Both the position numbers and the translations under genes were made by a program. From Chromera velia (taxonomy: Eukaryota), in the NCBI GenBank assembly GCA_018398765.1, contig JAHBMJ010000529.1:1-45827 (forward strand): a DNA stretch of 45,827 bases. Reading direction: 5' to 3'. Of this stretch, positions 13,225 through 26,200 are shown one piece after another. The stretch's first letter is position 1, and each line of letters begins with the position of its first letter. The notes under the pieces were generated by a model. It was not told the origin of the DNA. It searched no databases and saw only the letters and a program-made list of their open reading frames with translations.

Positions 13225-13600
13225 ACAAGACGTGATACACCCAACTAGTTGGGTGTATGAGTGCTTCGTGGTTTGAATTATGTATGCGTGGTTTGACCGT
13301 GCATGTATGCATGCATGTACATTTATGCAAGTGCGCACATGCAATCTCAGGGCCCCTGCGGGCCAGGTTGAGCTACCCTCTGAGGCGAAAAGTATACGGT
13401 CCATTACTCTGTGCGAGCTGCTTAAGGGGCACTTTTCACTTATGGTGACACGGACCATGACAGACAGACATAAGACAGACAGACACAGAACCGACACCCC
13501 CCCCCCAAAAAGAAAAAATATGTTATACATGCGAATGTGTGCGATCTCAGGGCCTCTCGGCTGATCTCAGCAGAGCTGAGCTACCCCTCGAGACGATGCA
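13225..13600 (+). repeat. Dispersed repeat family, copy 1
   Basis: Shares GATACACCCAAC(T/C)AGTTGGGTG, GTGCGAG(C/T)TGCTT(A/G)AGGGGCAC and GTGCGATCTCAGGGCCTCTCGGCTGATCTCA...CAGCAGAGCTGAGCT, in the same order, with 17494-18135. Confidence 0.8.
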
Positions 13601-14313
13601 TGCATGAGAGTGCATGCGCATGCAAAGCGCGTACGAAACATGCAAGTAGACTCAAGTTACTTTGAAAATCGATCTAAAATCACTTCAATTTTTGTCTTAC
13701 AATTTTATCACACCTAACTACACCTAACTTAAGTTAGGCAGAGTCTAACGATTAGTCTAACTATTTTATCACACCTATTCTGACATAATTATTTGTCTAG
13801 TTATTTGTGTCATTAGTACCAGTTAGTACCAGTATATAAGATATTGTGTCATAATTTGAATTTTGTCTAATTGTGTCATACTATAGTTTCAGTGTAGGGG
13901 TCGGTATCGGATTCCGGTTGTTAGGTTAATTTGTCGGGACTGAACAACTCTGTTCATTTTATATATTGTTTTTAAGTATTTTATGATAACATAAACTAGG
14001 ATCTGAATCACTGGTACTAGCTAGAATTAGCACCGGCAAGGCCATTTTTTTAATACCCAGGGGTCACACTCTTGAAATTAAGTTTAGAGTCAATGATAGA
14101 GATGCTAAATCGAATCAGTAGCTAGACCTACTAGTAGACCCAGCATCTGACTTCGCTTTGCTGTAGCCTTTACACTTATTTGATATCATTTATTCACAAC
14201 AACTTTCAAGCTGAAACGAATTCCAAACGATCAATGTGGTATCTATGTGTGGTACCTGTGGATCCTGTGGGTAAGAGAGTTTTCCGCAGTGATTGAATCC
14301 TGACTCTGCACGA

Positions 14314-16956
14314 TTAACCTCCTCTCCCCCCTCTTCCGCCACCACGACCGCCCCCTCCTGCAGCTCAATATATGAAGGGAGAAAAAGTGGGAACGATTTT
14401 TTAGATGACGATTGTGAAGAAGTAGATAGACTCAACCGAAGAGGTACAGATGCAAAAGGGATGCTGATATTACAGTGACGCACAGCAAAGGGACGGGCGA
14501 CGAATACTGTGTGGCGGCATAGTCGAAAAAACGTGGCTGACCAGCGCACATTTGAGATCGACGAAACAAAGAAAGACAAGAAGCACGTTTACATACAGGC
14601 AGACCATTGCTTTCTTTTCTGTTGGACTGATGTATGCTCGGTCCGCACCCAGAGGTTCGAATCTTACAAAAAAAGAAACGAAAAAGAATGCTGACCTCGA
14701 CCCTGAACAGGCCCCCCTCTGCCCCTTCCTCTTCCTCCCCTTCCTCTGGCTGCAGGTCCCCGGTCTGCATGCACAAAAAAGAGGGACAAATATTACAAGG
14801 CGAAGACACCAACCAGCGTGAGTGAGAGGCTCGCAAAGGCAGCCCGGACGGGGTGGACAGGAGAAGAAGTGCAGGATTGGAAGAAAAGTCTGAAATCCGT
14901 CTCAGCAAAAGGAGAGGAAACGGAAGACAACAGAGAGGCAAGCAGAACCGAGTATGCAAAGGACAACGAGATGATGTTCAGGGAACACACGGGACCAAGG
15001 GACGCCGCGTGCGAATGAGTGCGAGAAACGGTGCCTCCATGTCTCTCGCACCAATTCCACCACCACCAGCACTCGACCCAGAGAACAGGAGGACAAAGCC
15101 ACACAACAGCAATGCAAGCAAAAGCAAGCACGCAATCCGATGGGGTTCGGTCGAACGTCCACTGACTGTCTCTTCCGGGTTCCGTGTCAATTGCCATGTC
15201 GATGATCTGCATCCATGCACACAGACAGAAAAAGAGGAAAACAAACCATCAGCAACTGAGAATCTTTGCCATTGGAGTCGACTGACTGACACATTTTCAT
15301 GGAAGAGGGCGGTCGTGCGGAGGACAAGAGCGGTATTGGGGAGAACAGATCCAGCTGGTCCGGCAGGCAGACATCTGTTTCTCTGTCCGTGTGCCTCTTT
15401 GTCTGCCGGTTTGGTTGCCAGCATGCATGCTTTGTTTGAAGGAGGGAAAAGAAGTCATGCAGGCAGTCTGTGTGCTTGTCTGTCTTCCTTTCCGTCTGTC
15501 TGTCTGTCTGTCTGTTTGGAAAAAAACAGGAAAAAATAATCAAATAGTCCTCCTGTTCGCCGGTCTATCTACCTTTTGTCTTGTCTGTCGGTCTGTCAGC
15601 CTGCTTGCCTCTTGGTCTGACTGTCTGTCTGTCTGTCTGCTTGCCTCCTGGTCTGACTGTCTGTCTGTCTGTCCTGCTGCTTGCTTCTCGTTCCTCCCTT
15701 TTGTTTCTCTGCGATGCTTTCCTTCCTTCCTGCCACCTTTCGGAGGCACAATGTGTAGGGCTGCAGCGTCGCTGGTTTCTCCCTCCCTTTCTCCCTTCTG
15801 TTTATTTTGTGCTTTACAGAGCCGAGAAGAAAGAAAAGGGTGCGGAGAGGAAGTAGAGTAGGGCGGGGAAAAAGGTAAGGAGATAATCTGAGACGCAAAG
15901 GAAGCTCAGAAAAAGCATGCATGCACACACGCACGCACCTCGTCAGGCAGGCGCATGTACTTGATGTTGTTCCCTCGAATACAGCACTCAGACAGTTTCC
16001 AGAATTTATCTCCTTCCTGAAGCAGCATTAAGAAAGGAAAAAAAGAAAACATGCCAGCACAAAGAACTAAGAGGATGAGTAAGTACGATTACGAGGGCTA
16101 GACATATCAAACAAGAAAACACCACAATGAGAAAAAACGCCAGAGCCAGGGAGTCCACAGTGTCAGGCTTCATCCCTAAGAGAAGGAATTGAAGATAGGT
16201 GGGAAGCAGAAACCAACCCGGAAGAGACGGGACGAACCAATCACAGAACCCGGGACTGCTCCGTGCCTCAGGGAGGCTCCGTTCTCGGAGAGAAAAAAAT
16301 GAAGCAGAACGACAAGCAAGGAGCAGAAGAGCTAAAGAAAGCTTTCGAGGAAAGAGTGACTCAGCCGGGCCGGTGTTCCCCACCACCCCTGGCACTGACT
16401 CTTGAGGTAAGGACGACATCTCTCATCTGGAGGTTCATGAAATTATCCGACCCCGCCAACACGCCGCTGTACGTCTCTCCGTTTTTGAGTTCAACCATCT
16501 GTCAGCTCAGCAGGCAGACAAGCGTACACATCAGAAAATTGCAGAGTGGCAGACGGTACGGTGAAAAATGCGGCAACAGCACACAGTTGATACTTTCCAC
16601 CATATCCGATCACGTCTGCCAACTGGCCGCATTTGGCTGCGACAGCACTGTTCCAGCAATTGTTGGAGACAACCCGCAAGATTTCCCACTCTTGCATAGA
16701 GAAAAAGAGGTGTCGCTGCAACGTAACGCCAGGAAGAAAAATGCATTAGAAGGCAGGCAGGGCCGAGAGCTGGACCTCTGACACGGGGAGATGAGACTGA
16801 CTGACCATGGGATGGTTGTGCGCCGTCCGTAAAAGAGTTAGTGGGAGCTGCAGGGAGGGAAGACGGTCAAAAACGAGGGGAGCTTCTGATCTGTGAAAGA
16901 CAGGAGGTGAGAGAAACCGGGGAAGAAAAACGGGTCCAAACATAACTTACCACCAT
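14314..16956 (-). CDS. LSM4: U6 snRNA-associated Sm-like protein LSm4, complete, 7 exons, 125 aa
   Basis: Exons 16956-16951 (MV), 16847-16806 ([14 protein letters not shown]), 16498-16400 ([33 protein letters not shown]), 16016-15939 ([26 protein letters not shown]), 15206-15167 ([13 protein letters not shown]), 14764-14696 and 14357-14314 (RG/RGG tail, TAA). Total 378 nt in phase, with Sm1/Sm2 motifs and the RG tail typical of LSm4. The ORF track misses it. Confidence 0.95.
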
Positions 16957-17493
16957 GATGAGAAAGAGGGAAGCTTCAGTGCCCAATCTCTAAAGGCTGT
17001 CTTCAATGCTTTGAGCGGCTTTTTGCTTCCCTTGTGCCAACCAGAAAGACACCTCCACAGAATGTTTTTCTTTCTCCTGCTGTGCGGGAAAGTAAAATCG
17101 AAGACGTTACCTTGTGCCACAGAATTCAGTTTGAAGGAGACGGGATAACGCAATAGAATCAAACGCGGCAGGAAACCTTTTCCATGTTCGACCAGTCAGC
17201 AAAAAGCATAAGTCAGCAGAGAGCATGAAACGAGCTTTTTGTAGACATGCACATGTCCGACGATGTATGCAGAGAAGCACAAGAGAGTCGAAGAGAAGTT
17301 ATTGATGGATCGAGGGCAAAAAGTCTAGCCGTCGTCATGCCGTCGTCCGACTTGATCCGGCCGGCCCATGCATGCACTGCGACACAAAAAAAGACGTACG
17401 CGATCGATGAGCGCTCGATCATGCAGGATGCGCGACCCACGCGCGCGCAAGGCGAGCGCCCTTGCGCAGTTTACCGCCTTATTTTTTTTCCCT

Positions 17494-18135
17494 ATACACG
17501 AGATACACCCAACCAGTTGGGTGAGTGCCTCGGGGGGCCCTTTAGGGGGTCCGCAAATTTGATTGATGCGCACCATCGGGGGCTTGGGCATGTCTTGTGC
17601 AGGTGCATGGGGCGGGGGCCACGGCAACGCGCACGAAGTATTTACGAGCATGCACTTGCAACTCCGTGCGAGTTACTTGAGGGGCACGCATGTGCGAAGA
17701 CTAAGGTATGTGCGATCAAGGCTCCGTGCGAGTTGCTTGAGGGGCACATTTTGGAATTCGGGCGACACCGGAGATATAGAATTAAGCGACCCCNNNNNNN
17801 NNNNNNNNNNNNNNNNNNNNNNNNNNNNNNNNNNNNNNNNNNNNNNNNNNNNNNNNNNNNNNNNNNNNNNNNNNNNNNNNNNNNNNNNNNNNNNNNNNNN
17901 NNNNNNNNNNNNNNNNNNNNNNNNNNNNNNNNNNNNNNNNNNNNNNNNNNNNNNNNNNNNNNNNNNNNNNNNNNNNNNNNNNNNNNNNNNNNNNNNNNNN
18001 NNNNNNNNNNNNNNNNNNNNNNNNNNNNNNNNNCAAAAATGAAAAAATGCGTTATGCGAGTGCGTGCGATCTCAGGGCCTCTCGGCTGATCTCATATATG
18101 CACCTGCAGCAGAGCTGAGCTGCCCCCCCGAGGCG
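17494..18135 (+). repeat. Dispersed repeat family, copy 2 (spans assembly gap)
   Basis: Same motifs as 13225-13600; the GTGCGAGTT.CTTGAGGGGCAC motif is present twice. Confidence 0.75.
17794..18033. other. Assembly gap (240 N)
   Basis: Run of N. Confidence 1.
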
Positions 18136-18459
18136 ATTCAATTGGGTGCATGCATGGCACCTCTGACATGCATGCAGGCTGACTGAAATGGCATATATAC
18201 CATCGTTCTCTGGAGGACCAGTGGAGGTTCGGAGGTCGACCTCCATGAATCTCTCTCGCAGAAGCACCAAAAGAAGATGTCGGAAGGAGCCCTGTGTGCC
18301 TGAAACTGGAGCACCTTGCACGGTATGCACACTCAGACCAAACTGATCATGCAGGTCATGCAAATGCACTTTTCCTCAGTATGATCCTGGCTGTAGCGTC
18401 CTTCCGATCCTCTGGATTGATCAGCTACTCTGTCCTTCGTTTCTAGGGTTGGAAGGGCA

Positions 18460-21097
18460 ATGGATATTGCCAACATTCTTGACCCGTCCACGCGGCTTGG
18501 GCCCCGAAAGTTCTGCAACTTTGACGGGGTGAGTTCAATTTGAAGGCGCCTAGCTGCATGCATGTATCATTGGATAAGTGCTTCTGTGGAGAGATGGGGA
18601 CTGATCTGTGGTTGTGCCTTCTAAGCCAAAGGGGTCTGTGTGACCGGATAGAGCGTCACTGCAGCGCGCTCGTTTCTTCTTCGTTGATGGCTGGTCATTC
18701 TGCTCAAGCCTCTTCACGTGCGATCGCTCTTGCAGGTCCAGAAAGACCGTGAACGCCTGTACATGATAAGAAGGGAACGCTCGGGGCCAGAAAGGGGATT
18801 GACGGCCGGGGCAGGGTGGTACAGGTGAGTTGACCTGCTTGTGACTGTGCAGGATTGACGGTTCCTCGGTATGTGTGATGGGCTGAGTGATCGAGTGCAT
18901 GCTCTGTGCTTGCTTCATTGGGTTCCCCACTTCACAAAAGACAGAGATGGAGGACGTTTCTATTCTTCCCACCTGCTTGACATTCTACACAGCTTGTCCC
19001 TGTATTTTCCATCCAGTTCTTGCTCAGTCCTCCCTGCCATACATGTGGTCTGATCCTGACCTCTCCTCGTGGCCTGTATATACATGCAGACACCCCGACG
19101 CCGTGGTCCCCTGTCCCCCGTGCCCGCCTCCCCCACCAGACGGAGGGGGTGCGGGACCGTCCAGCTCAGGGTATGGCGGCATGGGGGACCGCTCAGTCTC
19201 CATGGGTACACTTTATGATAAGCAGGGGCGATTCTCCAGGGACCCCAGAGTAGAGAGCAACCCTGCTCTGTGGGCGTCAAAGTACGTCAGTTGTCCTGCA
19301 TTGAGAAAAAAGTTGATGAGGATGAGGCCTGCAGAAAGGCGGGCGTTTCTCCTCCCGAACTTTGATTTTGGTAAGATTACCTCGGGAATCTCTCTTCTTC
19401 GCAACGCGCGAAATGAGGCGCTACTGAGGCAGGCAGACATGACGGAGTCAGAGTTGGAGGCAGTTGCCTTGGGGACTGCTGACCCCCGGACTCAGATGGC
19501 AGTTTCTGACCCTTCGCAGACTGGTGCTGGGAAGGCCAGATTGAAGAGAGGTGTCACGGGTAGTGGGTGGGACAAGGTTCGAGCGTTTGCGTCTTTCCAT
19601 GCCCATGACGGCAGGACCATCCAGGTTCCCGTCAGCCAGTACCAAATTCGAAAGCAGATGCGCAACGCGTACAACCGAGAAAAGACCCAAATGGGATTCG
19701 GAGACGATCACCGAAATTCCTCTGGGAGCCTTTCAAGATTACCCCATGGATCTGCTCATCCCCATACTTGCTCCGCAGGTGAATTGTGCAATTTAGGAAT
19801 GGGGGGGCAAGTGCCAGCAGGGGGATCGACAGACGAAGTGAACCTGAATCACCTCGAGACTGCGAGCTCGGCATGTACCATCACCACAGGGAGCTCAGAG
19901 TCGACGGCGCCCTCTGTTGTAGAAAAGAGACGTGCAGTGGCGAGGGAGATTGAGAGGACCATAAAAACCCTCCGAGACACCGTTGATGCTGCCAAAGCAA
20001 AAGCAGCAGCTGCACACACAGCAGGCCCAAAAGGGGGAGGGGACACAGACGCATTAGGAGATTGTCGGAGAGAAGTAGATCACGCATATGGTGTTAGGGG
20101 CGCATTTGACGGAACATGTAGAGGAGACTTCGAAGGAGACGGGTGCAAACTCGGGGGCATCCGTCACCCCCTTCCGTCGTCCTCTGCCGTCATCCCGTCC
20201 GTCCCCTACGGGGGCCGACCAATCCGACCCGCTTCTGCCCCACGATTTCCGTCTTCATCCATCCGAGCACCCGCTGCAACTCCCGTCCCCCCCTCAGCCC
20301 CGGATTCCATCGTCACTGAGTCCTGTCCCTCATGTGCCTCCTGCAGTGCTACCGGCTGTGTGTTGTGCCGGAGATCCCCGGGAGCACCCGGGGCATCAAC
20401 TCCGCGGCGACTTCCACAAAGGCCTAGGCCTAGGAGTGCAGGAGGACCTCGAGGTATGCCCCCCTCCCTATCGCCCCCCCCATATATGTCTAGTCACCCT
20501 GATCAGATCCCCCCCCACCTCCCAGCACCTTCATTCCTCTTCCCAGTGCCCGCCGTCCCCCCACCTGAAGCAGGGCTCCGTCAAAGGCCCCAAACTGCAC
20601 TTCCTCGGTCATCTCAACGGCTCCCCATCATGCCCCATCCATCTCCGCTCTCACACCGCCTCTCCCTTTCTCCAGGAAACCAACCATTCACGGGCACGCT
20701 GACGCCCTCCATGGAGGTTCTCCACGAGGATTTCGATGACGGGTTGGGAGGGGGAATATTGGGGTCCTCCTCTTCCTCTTCCCCGCATGGAAGGGCTCGA
20801 CAGCCGCTTGTTGGAAGTCTCCCTTCAGACCCCCATGCCTGCCCTCGTCCCAATTTCGCTTTTCCGGCCCAAGCATTTGGAGATACGACACATGGAGCAG
20901 AAAGAGAGAAGCTGAGACGACCCATGTCTGCAGGGGCAGGACTTTCAGGTGCACGTGCGGTCGGACCCCGACCGGGGACGCCGTCAGATGGCCCCCGTTC
21001 GAATCTGTCCCCCATCTGCACAGGACCCGTCCATCTCTTCTCTCACGGATTCCCGGGCAATGGCACAACAAATCTGGGTACATTCAAGCAATGTTAA
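18460..21097 (+). CDS. Hypothetical Pro/Ser-rich protein with repeated RPx(S/T)A motifs, 3 exons
   Basis: Exons 18460-18528 (MDIANILDPSTRLGPRKFCNFDG), 18736-18824 and 19090-21097 join in phase with GTGAGT donors. The last exon is about 2 kb and stop-free. Confidence 0.7.
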
Positions 21098-21822
21098 CTT
21101 AAAGGAGAGTGGGAGAAAGAAAGGCCGGGATGAGGAAGAAGGACACTTGACAAAAAGGATTTTCTAAACTTTCAGTTGGTATGATCGTGGAGATTGTCAT
21201 TCCTCCCTCTCGTCCCTACGCTTTCCTTGTCTCCCTCCCATCTACAAAAGAACGAACGGATTAACAAACTTTTCCAACTCCAGAAAAGGATGAGCCTCTT
21301 TTCTCCTTCCTTGCTGACAGAAACCGTGTCACCGAGCTCAGGAGCAGGGAAGAGGCAGGATCAAACCGGACCGGTCGTCACACAGCTAGATCGATCGATA
21401 AATCGCCGTCGTCATCTTCATTTTCAAGTTCAACAAATGAAAATAGGAATCATTACGACAAAAAGGGCGGGGTGCACGCTGTCACGTCGCTGTGATCGAT
21501 ATTAAGCAAAAGGAGGCATATAGGCAGGACTGCTGTCAAGCTCTCGATAAGATTGGCGGCTTCCCACCGGGCCACCGGCATGGGCCCTTCGTCAACTTCC
21601 CCTCAATTACACTACCAATATGTTCAACCCCTTTCCTTGATGTCACCTGCACATAAACGAAGTTAAAAGTTTTTTAGTAAATGCAATCCAGTAAAGAATG
21701 AAGATATGCTTAGATATTTTACTAGAAGAATCTAGAAAAGAATGCAATTTTCGAAATTCCAAACTTTAATATATAAAATAGTTTTTTATATGATAAACTT
21801 CATGCAAAGGACTTACGAAACT

Positions 21823-22098
21823 TGAAACGTGATCATAGCTAGCACGAGGCTCAGATAACAGATAGAAGGTCTGTTCCTAGAAGCGTTCCCTAGAAGTTCT
21901 ACTTCAAAGTCCGGGTCTCCTGATGGTCAATCTGAATGCCGTGAACATATGCCATCCTGAAGCTATATCAATTGGAGTGGCTACAGGTGCGCACGCTTCC
22001 GCTCGGTCCCGCAAGGCAGGCTCATGCGTTCTCTCAACGCCACCGACCGGCCCACGCCAACGCTTAGAGGCGGCATGGCTATAAGCATTCACGTCACA
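21823..22098 (-). repeat. 3' LTR
   Basis: Direct repeat of 28681-28956; 16 mismatches and no indels by manual alignment. Confidence 0.97.
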
Positions 22099-23272
22099 CA
22101 TGTCCATCCTCTCAAGGCGTGTGTCCACATACGATCTCAGATCTTGTACTCAATTTCAATTGCTTCATTTCTCCTTGATGCTCTTTCTTTTCTCCCTCGC
22201 ATCAGATTTGAATCACGCAAGAAGTCGGTAAGCAACGACCGATATGGGTTGTTGGACACTGCCACAAGCGTATACGTGGAGTGCCAACCATTCATCTTCA
22301 ACATCGCTGTCTCAAGCAAATGAAAACGGGATGACGGCATGTGCAAGCGATCAGTCACCATAAGAAGCTTCACGAAACTGTCACTGCATATGAGCTCATG
22401 CAGAGATCGCCCCACAGCCAGTCATACACTTTCACTCATCATCCATCCACTCACTCTGCAAACAATAAATGACGACACCATAGGCATTCAAGAGGCGGTG
22501 TCTACGCAGTGGAGTTCTCCTCCCGCAAAGTGGTTCTGGTCGGTGTGCATCAGGGAGAGAGCACCAGAAACACTTTCGCAGTCAGAAGAGATAAAAAGAT
22601 CCTGCGAATGCATTTGCCAACTCGCTTTAGAGAGAAGGTACGCACAAACACACAGAGAGAGATCAAATATGCATGAGAAGATAAGAATCAAGACAAAGAG
22701 AAAAGAATCTGCATCAAGATGCATTAAAAGGAGAATAAAGACAGATAGAAAAATATGAGAGGAAGTGTCCTCGAGTCATTTCATTCAGCGTTAGTGTGTC
22801 AGTGCGTTAATCAGTGTGTCAGTGCATCAATCAGTGTACACCTCTCCCTCCTCATGGAAGAAGTGCGTTAGCAACTTCTCAAGCTGTTGTTTTTATTTCC
22901 TTTTTCTTCTTTCTTTTTCCACTTTTCCCTTCTTTTCATTCCTTCTTGTTCCATCTTTTGTTCGCTAAGCCTTTCATTTCTTCTTCTTCTTCCCTTCATT
23001 CTCTTTTTTTCATTCATTCATGCATTCATTCATTCAATCATTCTTTCATTCACTCTTTCCTTCTTTTCTTTCTTTCCTTCTTTCTTTCTTTCCTTTCTTT
23101 CTTTCTTTCTTTCTTTCTTTTTCTAAGCAGCAAGGCGCAAGGAAGTCAAGGAAAAGGATGAGGAAGGATGGATTGACGAGAGCAAAGCAGATGACAAGAG
23201 CAACACAAAGAGAAAGAGACAAACATGAATGTTCTCATGATACCCTTGTTTCTTTCCCCATTTCCTTCTTCG

Positions 23273-26200
23273 TCATTGAAGTCTACGGAGCTCCTTGAAG
23301 GCCTTGATTGCGTCCTTCGCGTTCTTGAGGTTCTCAAACAGCTCCCAAGTTGCTTCAGTCTCCGAGTATCCCTTCCAAACCATATGATACTCCAGCGTCC
23401 TCCTTTTCCCTCGCATGTCAACGATCCTATCGACCTCCCACTCTGCCTCCTCGAATCTTGGCAAGAGAACACAGGGTGGAGGGTCTTCGGGGGAGACAGG
23501 GTACGCCTTTATGTAAGAGACGTGGACAACTGGATACTTCCGGACTCCAGCGGGGAACATGAGTTCATAACTCACCTCCCCCACCTTCTTGTCAATCTCG
23601 AACGGCCCATACCAAATGTGACTTAGCTTGGCTTTCCGTTCGGAAGGAAGACGCTCACTCTCAAAACATTTTCGGTGCACTAGCGCCCAGTCTCCTGGAA
23701 CGAAAGTCGCTTCCCTTTTCTTCTGGTCGGCCTTCCTCTTTGCCTCTTCGTTCGCTTTCTCAAATCGCTCCTTCACCTCTTTAAGGAGGGCCTGACGGCG
23801 CAGATAAAAGTCTTCTGCTGCCGTCGCTGTGCGTCCTGCAACCAGTAGAGACGGGAAAGTCCTTGCCTCAAAGCCATAAAAAACTGCATGCGGTGTTGCC
23901 TTCAAACCAGAGTGCGTACTTGAGATGCACGCAAACTCAAACGATGGCAGAAGCTTGGGCCATTCGGATTGATGATCTCCACAAATTTAAAACATCGCAA
24001 CATTGTCTCTAGCGTTCGGTTATAAATCTCACTCTGCCCATCCGTCTGAGGATGCCCGGATGATGACATCATCAGGCGGGTCTCTGCCAGTTTGTGCAGT
24101 CCTCTCCAGAACTCCGCCATCCACCTTAGGTCTCGATCTGACACAATCTCCAACGGGAGACCGTGGGAGCAGACAATGTGATCATAAAAGAGGCGCGCTG
24201 CTCCTTCTGCAGTGATTGTCGTCGCACACGGAATCCAGTGCAGTCTCTTGGACAAACGATCAACGACAGTCAGAACTGAGTCCACCCACTCACCTTAAAA
24301 GTATATACGTGGGAGGGCACAGATAAAATCCATCGAGACCGAATCGTAAGGCCGAGCAGGAACAGGCAGGGGTTGCAAAAGTCCGAAGGGCTTCTGATTC
24401 GCCTGCTTGTTCCAGAGGCATGCGTCGCAGCGAGGAACATAGGCGGCGACTGAAGAGAACATATTCGGCCAGTAGAAGTCTTCAATCAGTCGCAAGTAGG
24501 TTTTTTCAATCGCCAAATGTCCCGCGCCTGGGACGTCGTGGCACTCAAAGATCAGATTTCTCTGCAATTTCTTCGTAGGGATGGCCAACCTGTTCTTGTA
24601 GTAGAGAAGTCCGTCTCTCATCTCTATATGTGACAGTCGAAAGCATAAGAAAGGCGGCGGCTCCTCTCGCTTCTGTCCCTCAGCACGCGGAGACAGAAAG
24701 AACAGGGCATCTCGAAAGAATTTGTCTTCTCGGTAACCATCTCTGACTTTCTGGAGAAACTCTTCATCTGGAAGGAGGCTGCTGCTCGTCTGCAAACAAA
24801 TTTCACAACCTATCGCTGCGTGTGCTTTCTCTAAAGGGGGGCGCTGGGACAAAGCGTCGGCGAGTGTGTTTTTTGCACCTGGGAGGTACTTCAGTTTCAC
24901 CCCCAGCTCCTGCAAGAAAGACATCCATCTCCTCACATGTCCTCGAGCCTCTGCGTAAGATGTTGTCAAGTCGAGTGTCTTGAGGCTCTCATGATCCGTC
25001 CACACTGTCGTCGTCTCACTGACGTACGGGCGCCAGTGTTTGAGGAGAAAGATGGCAGCAAGCAACTCCTTCTCTCTGATGGGATAGTTTCTCTCCTCCT
25101 TCGTCAGCGTTCTCGATGCGAAGGCCACCGGACGGAGCCAACCAACACACGGGTCCTGCTACATCAATGCACCTCCGAGTGCATTCCTCTGCTCAGACAC
25201 GTCCCCAAAGATCTCGAATGGGCGTTCAGAATCGGGGATGTACAGGGAGGTGATGTTGATAATCGCCTCCTTCAGTGAGCAGAAGGCTGTCTTCATCTTT
25301 TCCATCTATGTGAACTTCATTCCCTTCTTTAACGCCTTCGTCAGGGGCTGCACGATCGATACAAAACCTTTCACAAACTTTCGAACCCAATTGGCTGCCC
25401 CGAGAAAGATTCGCAGCTCGTGTAGGTCTTTTGGATCCGGCCAGTCTCGGATCAGCTCGAGTTTCAGGCGTTCGGGCATGATGCCCTTCGCGTCGATGAC
25501 AAACCCCAGGAAGTGGGTGCTGTTGGTAAAGAACTCGCACTTCTTGATCTTGATGTAGAGATTGTTCGCTCTCAAGAGAATCATCCAGTACCCACTTGAC
25601 ATCCTTCACATGCTGTGCCAGTGTCCGGCTGTACACAAGGATGTCATCGATGAAGACGATGACACACCGGCCTAGTGCAGGTCGCATCGCAAGCGTAATC
25701 AGTCGCATGCTTGCGGGCGGTGCATTCGAGACCCCGAATGGCATCACTAGCCACTCAAACGTTCCCCACCTGGTGACGAAAGCCGTCTTGTAGCTGTCTC
25801 CCATTGCAATGCGGAGCTGGTAGAAAAACTGACGCAAATCTAGCTTTGTAAACCATCTCTTTCCAAAGAGGGTCTCCATCAGCTCCTCTGCACGCGGGAG
25901 TGGGAATGTGTCCTTCACTATCACCTTGTTGAGAGGCCTGTAGTCGATCACCATACGGAAGGTGCCATCCTTTTTCTTCACAAAGAATGCCGGCGCACCA
26001 AAGGGGGACGTCGAAGGACGAATGAACCCCCTGTCCACATAGTCCTTCAACTGCTTCTTCATCTCTTCCAACTCTGTATAGGAGAGGCGATACGAAGGCT
26101 TCGCAGGAGGTCGAGCCCCTGGCTCCAGTTCGATCTTGAAGTCCAAGTCTCCCCTCCTGAGTGGGAGCTTCGGAATCTCATCCGGAAACAACTCCTTGTT

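Noticed and set aside
17247..18089. 280-aa ORF
   Set aside because: It runs through the N gap and a dispersed repeat, so it is an artefact.
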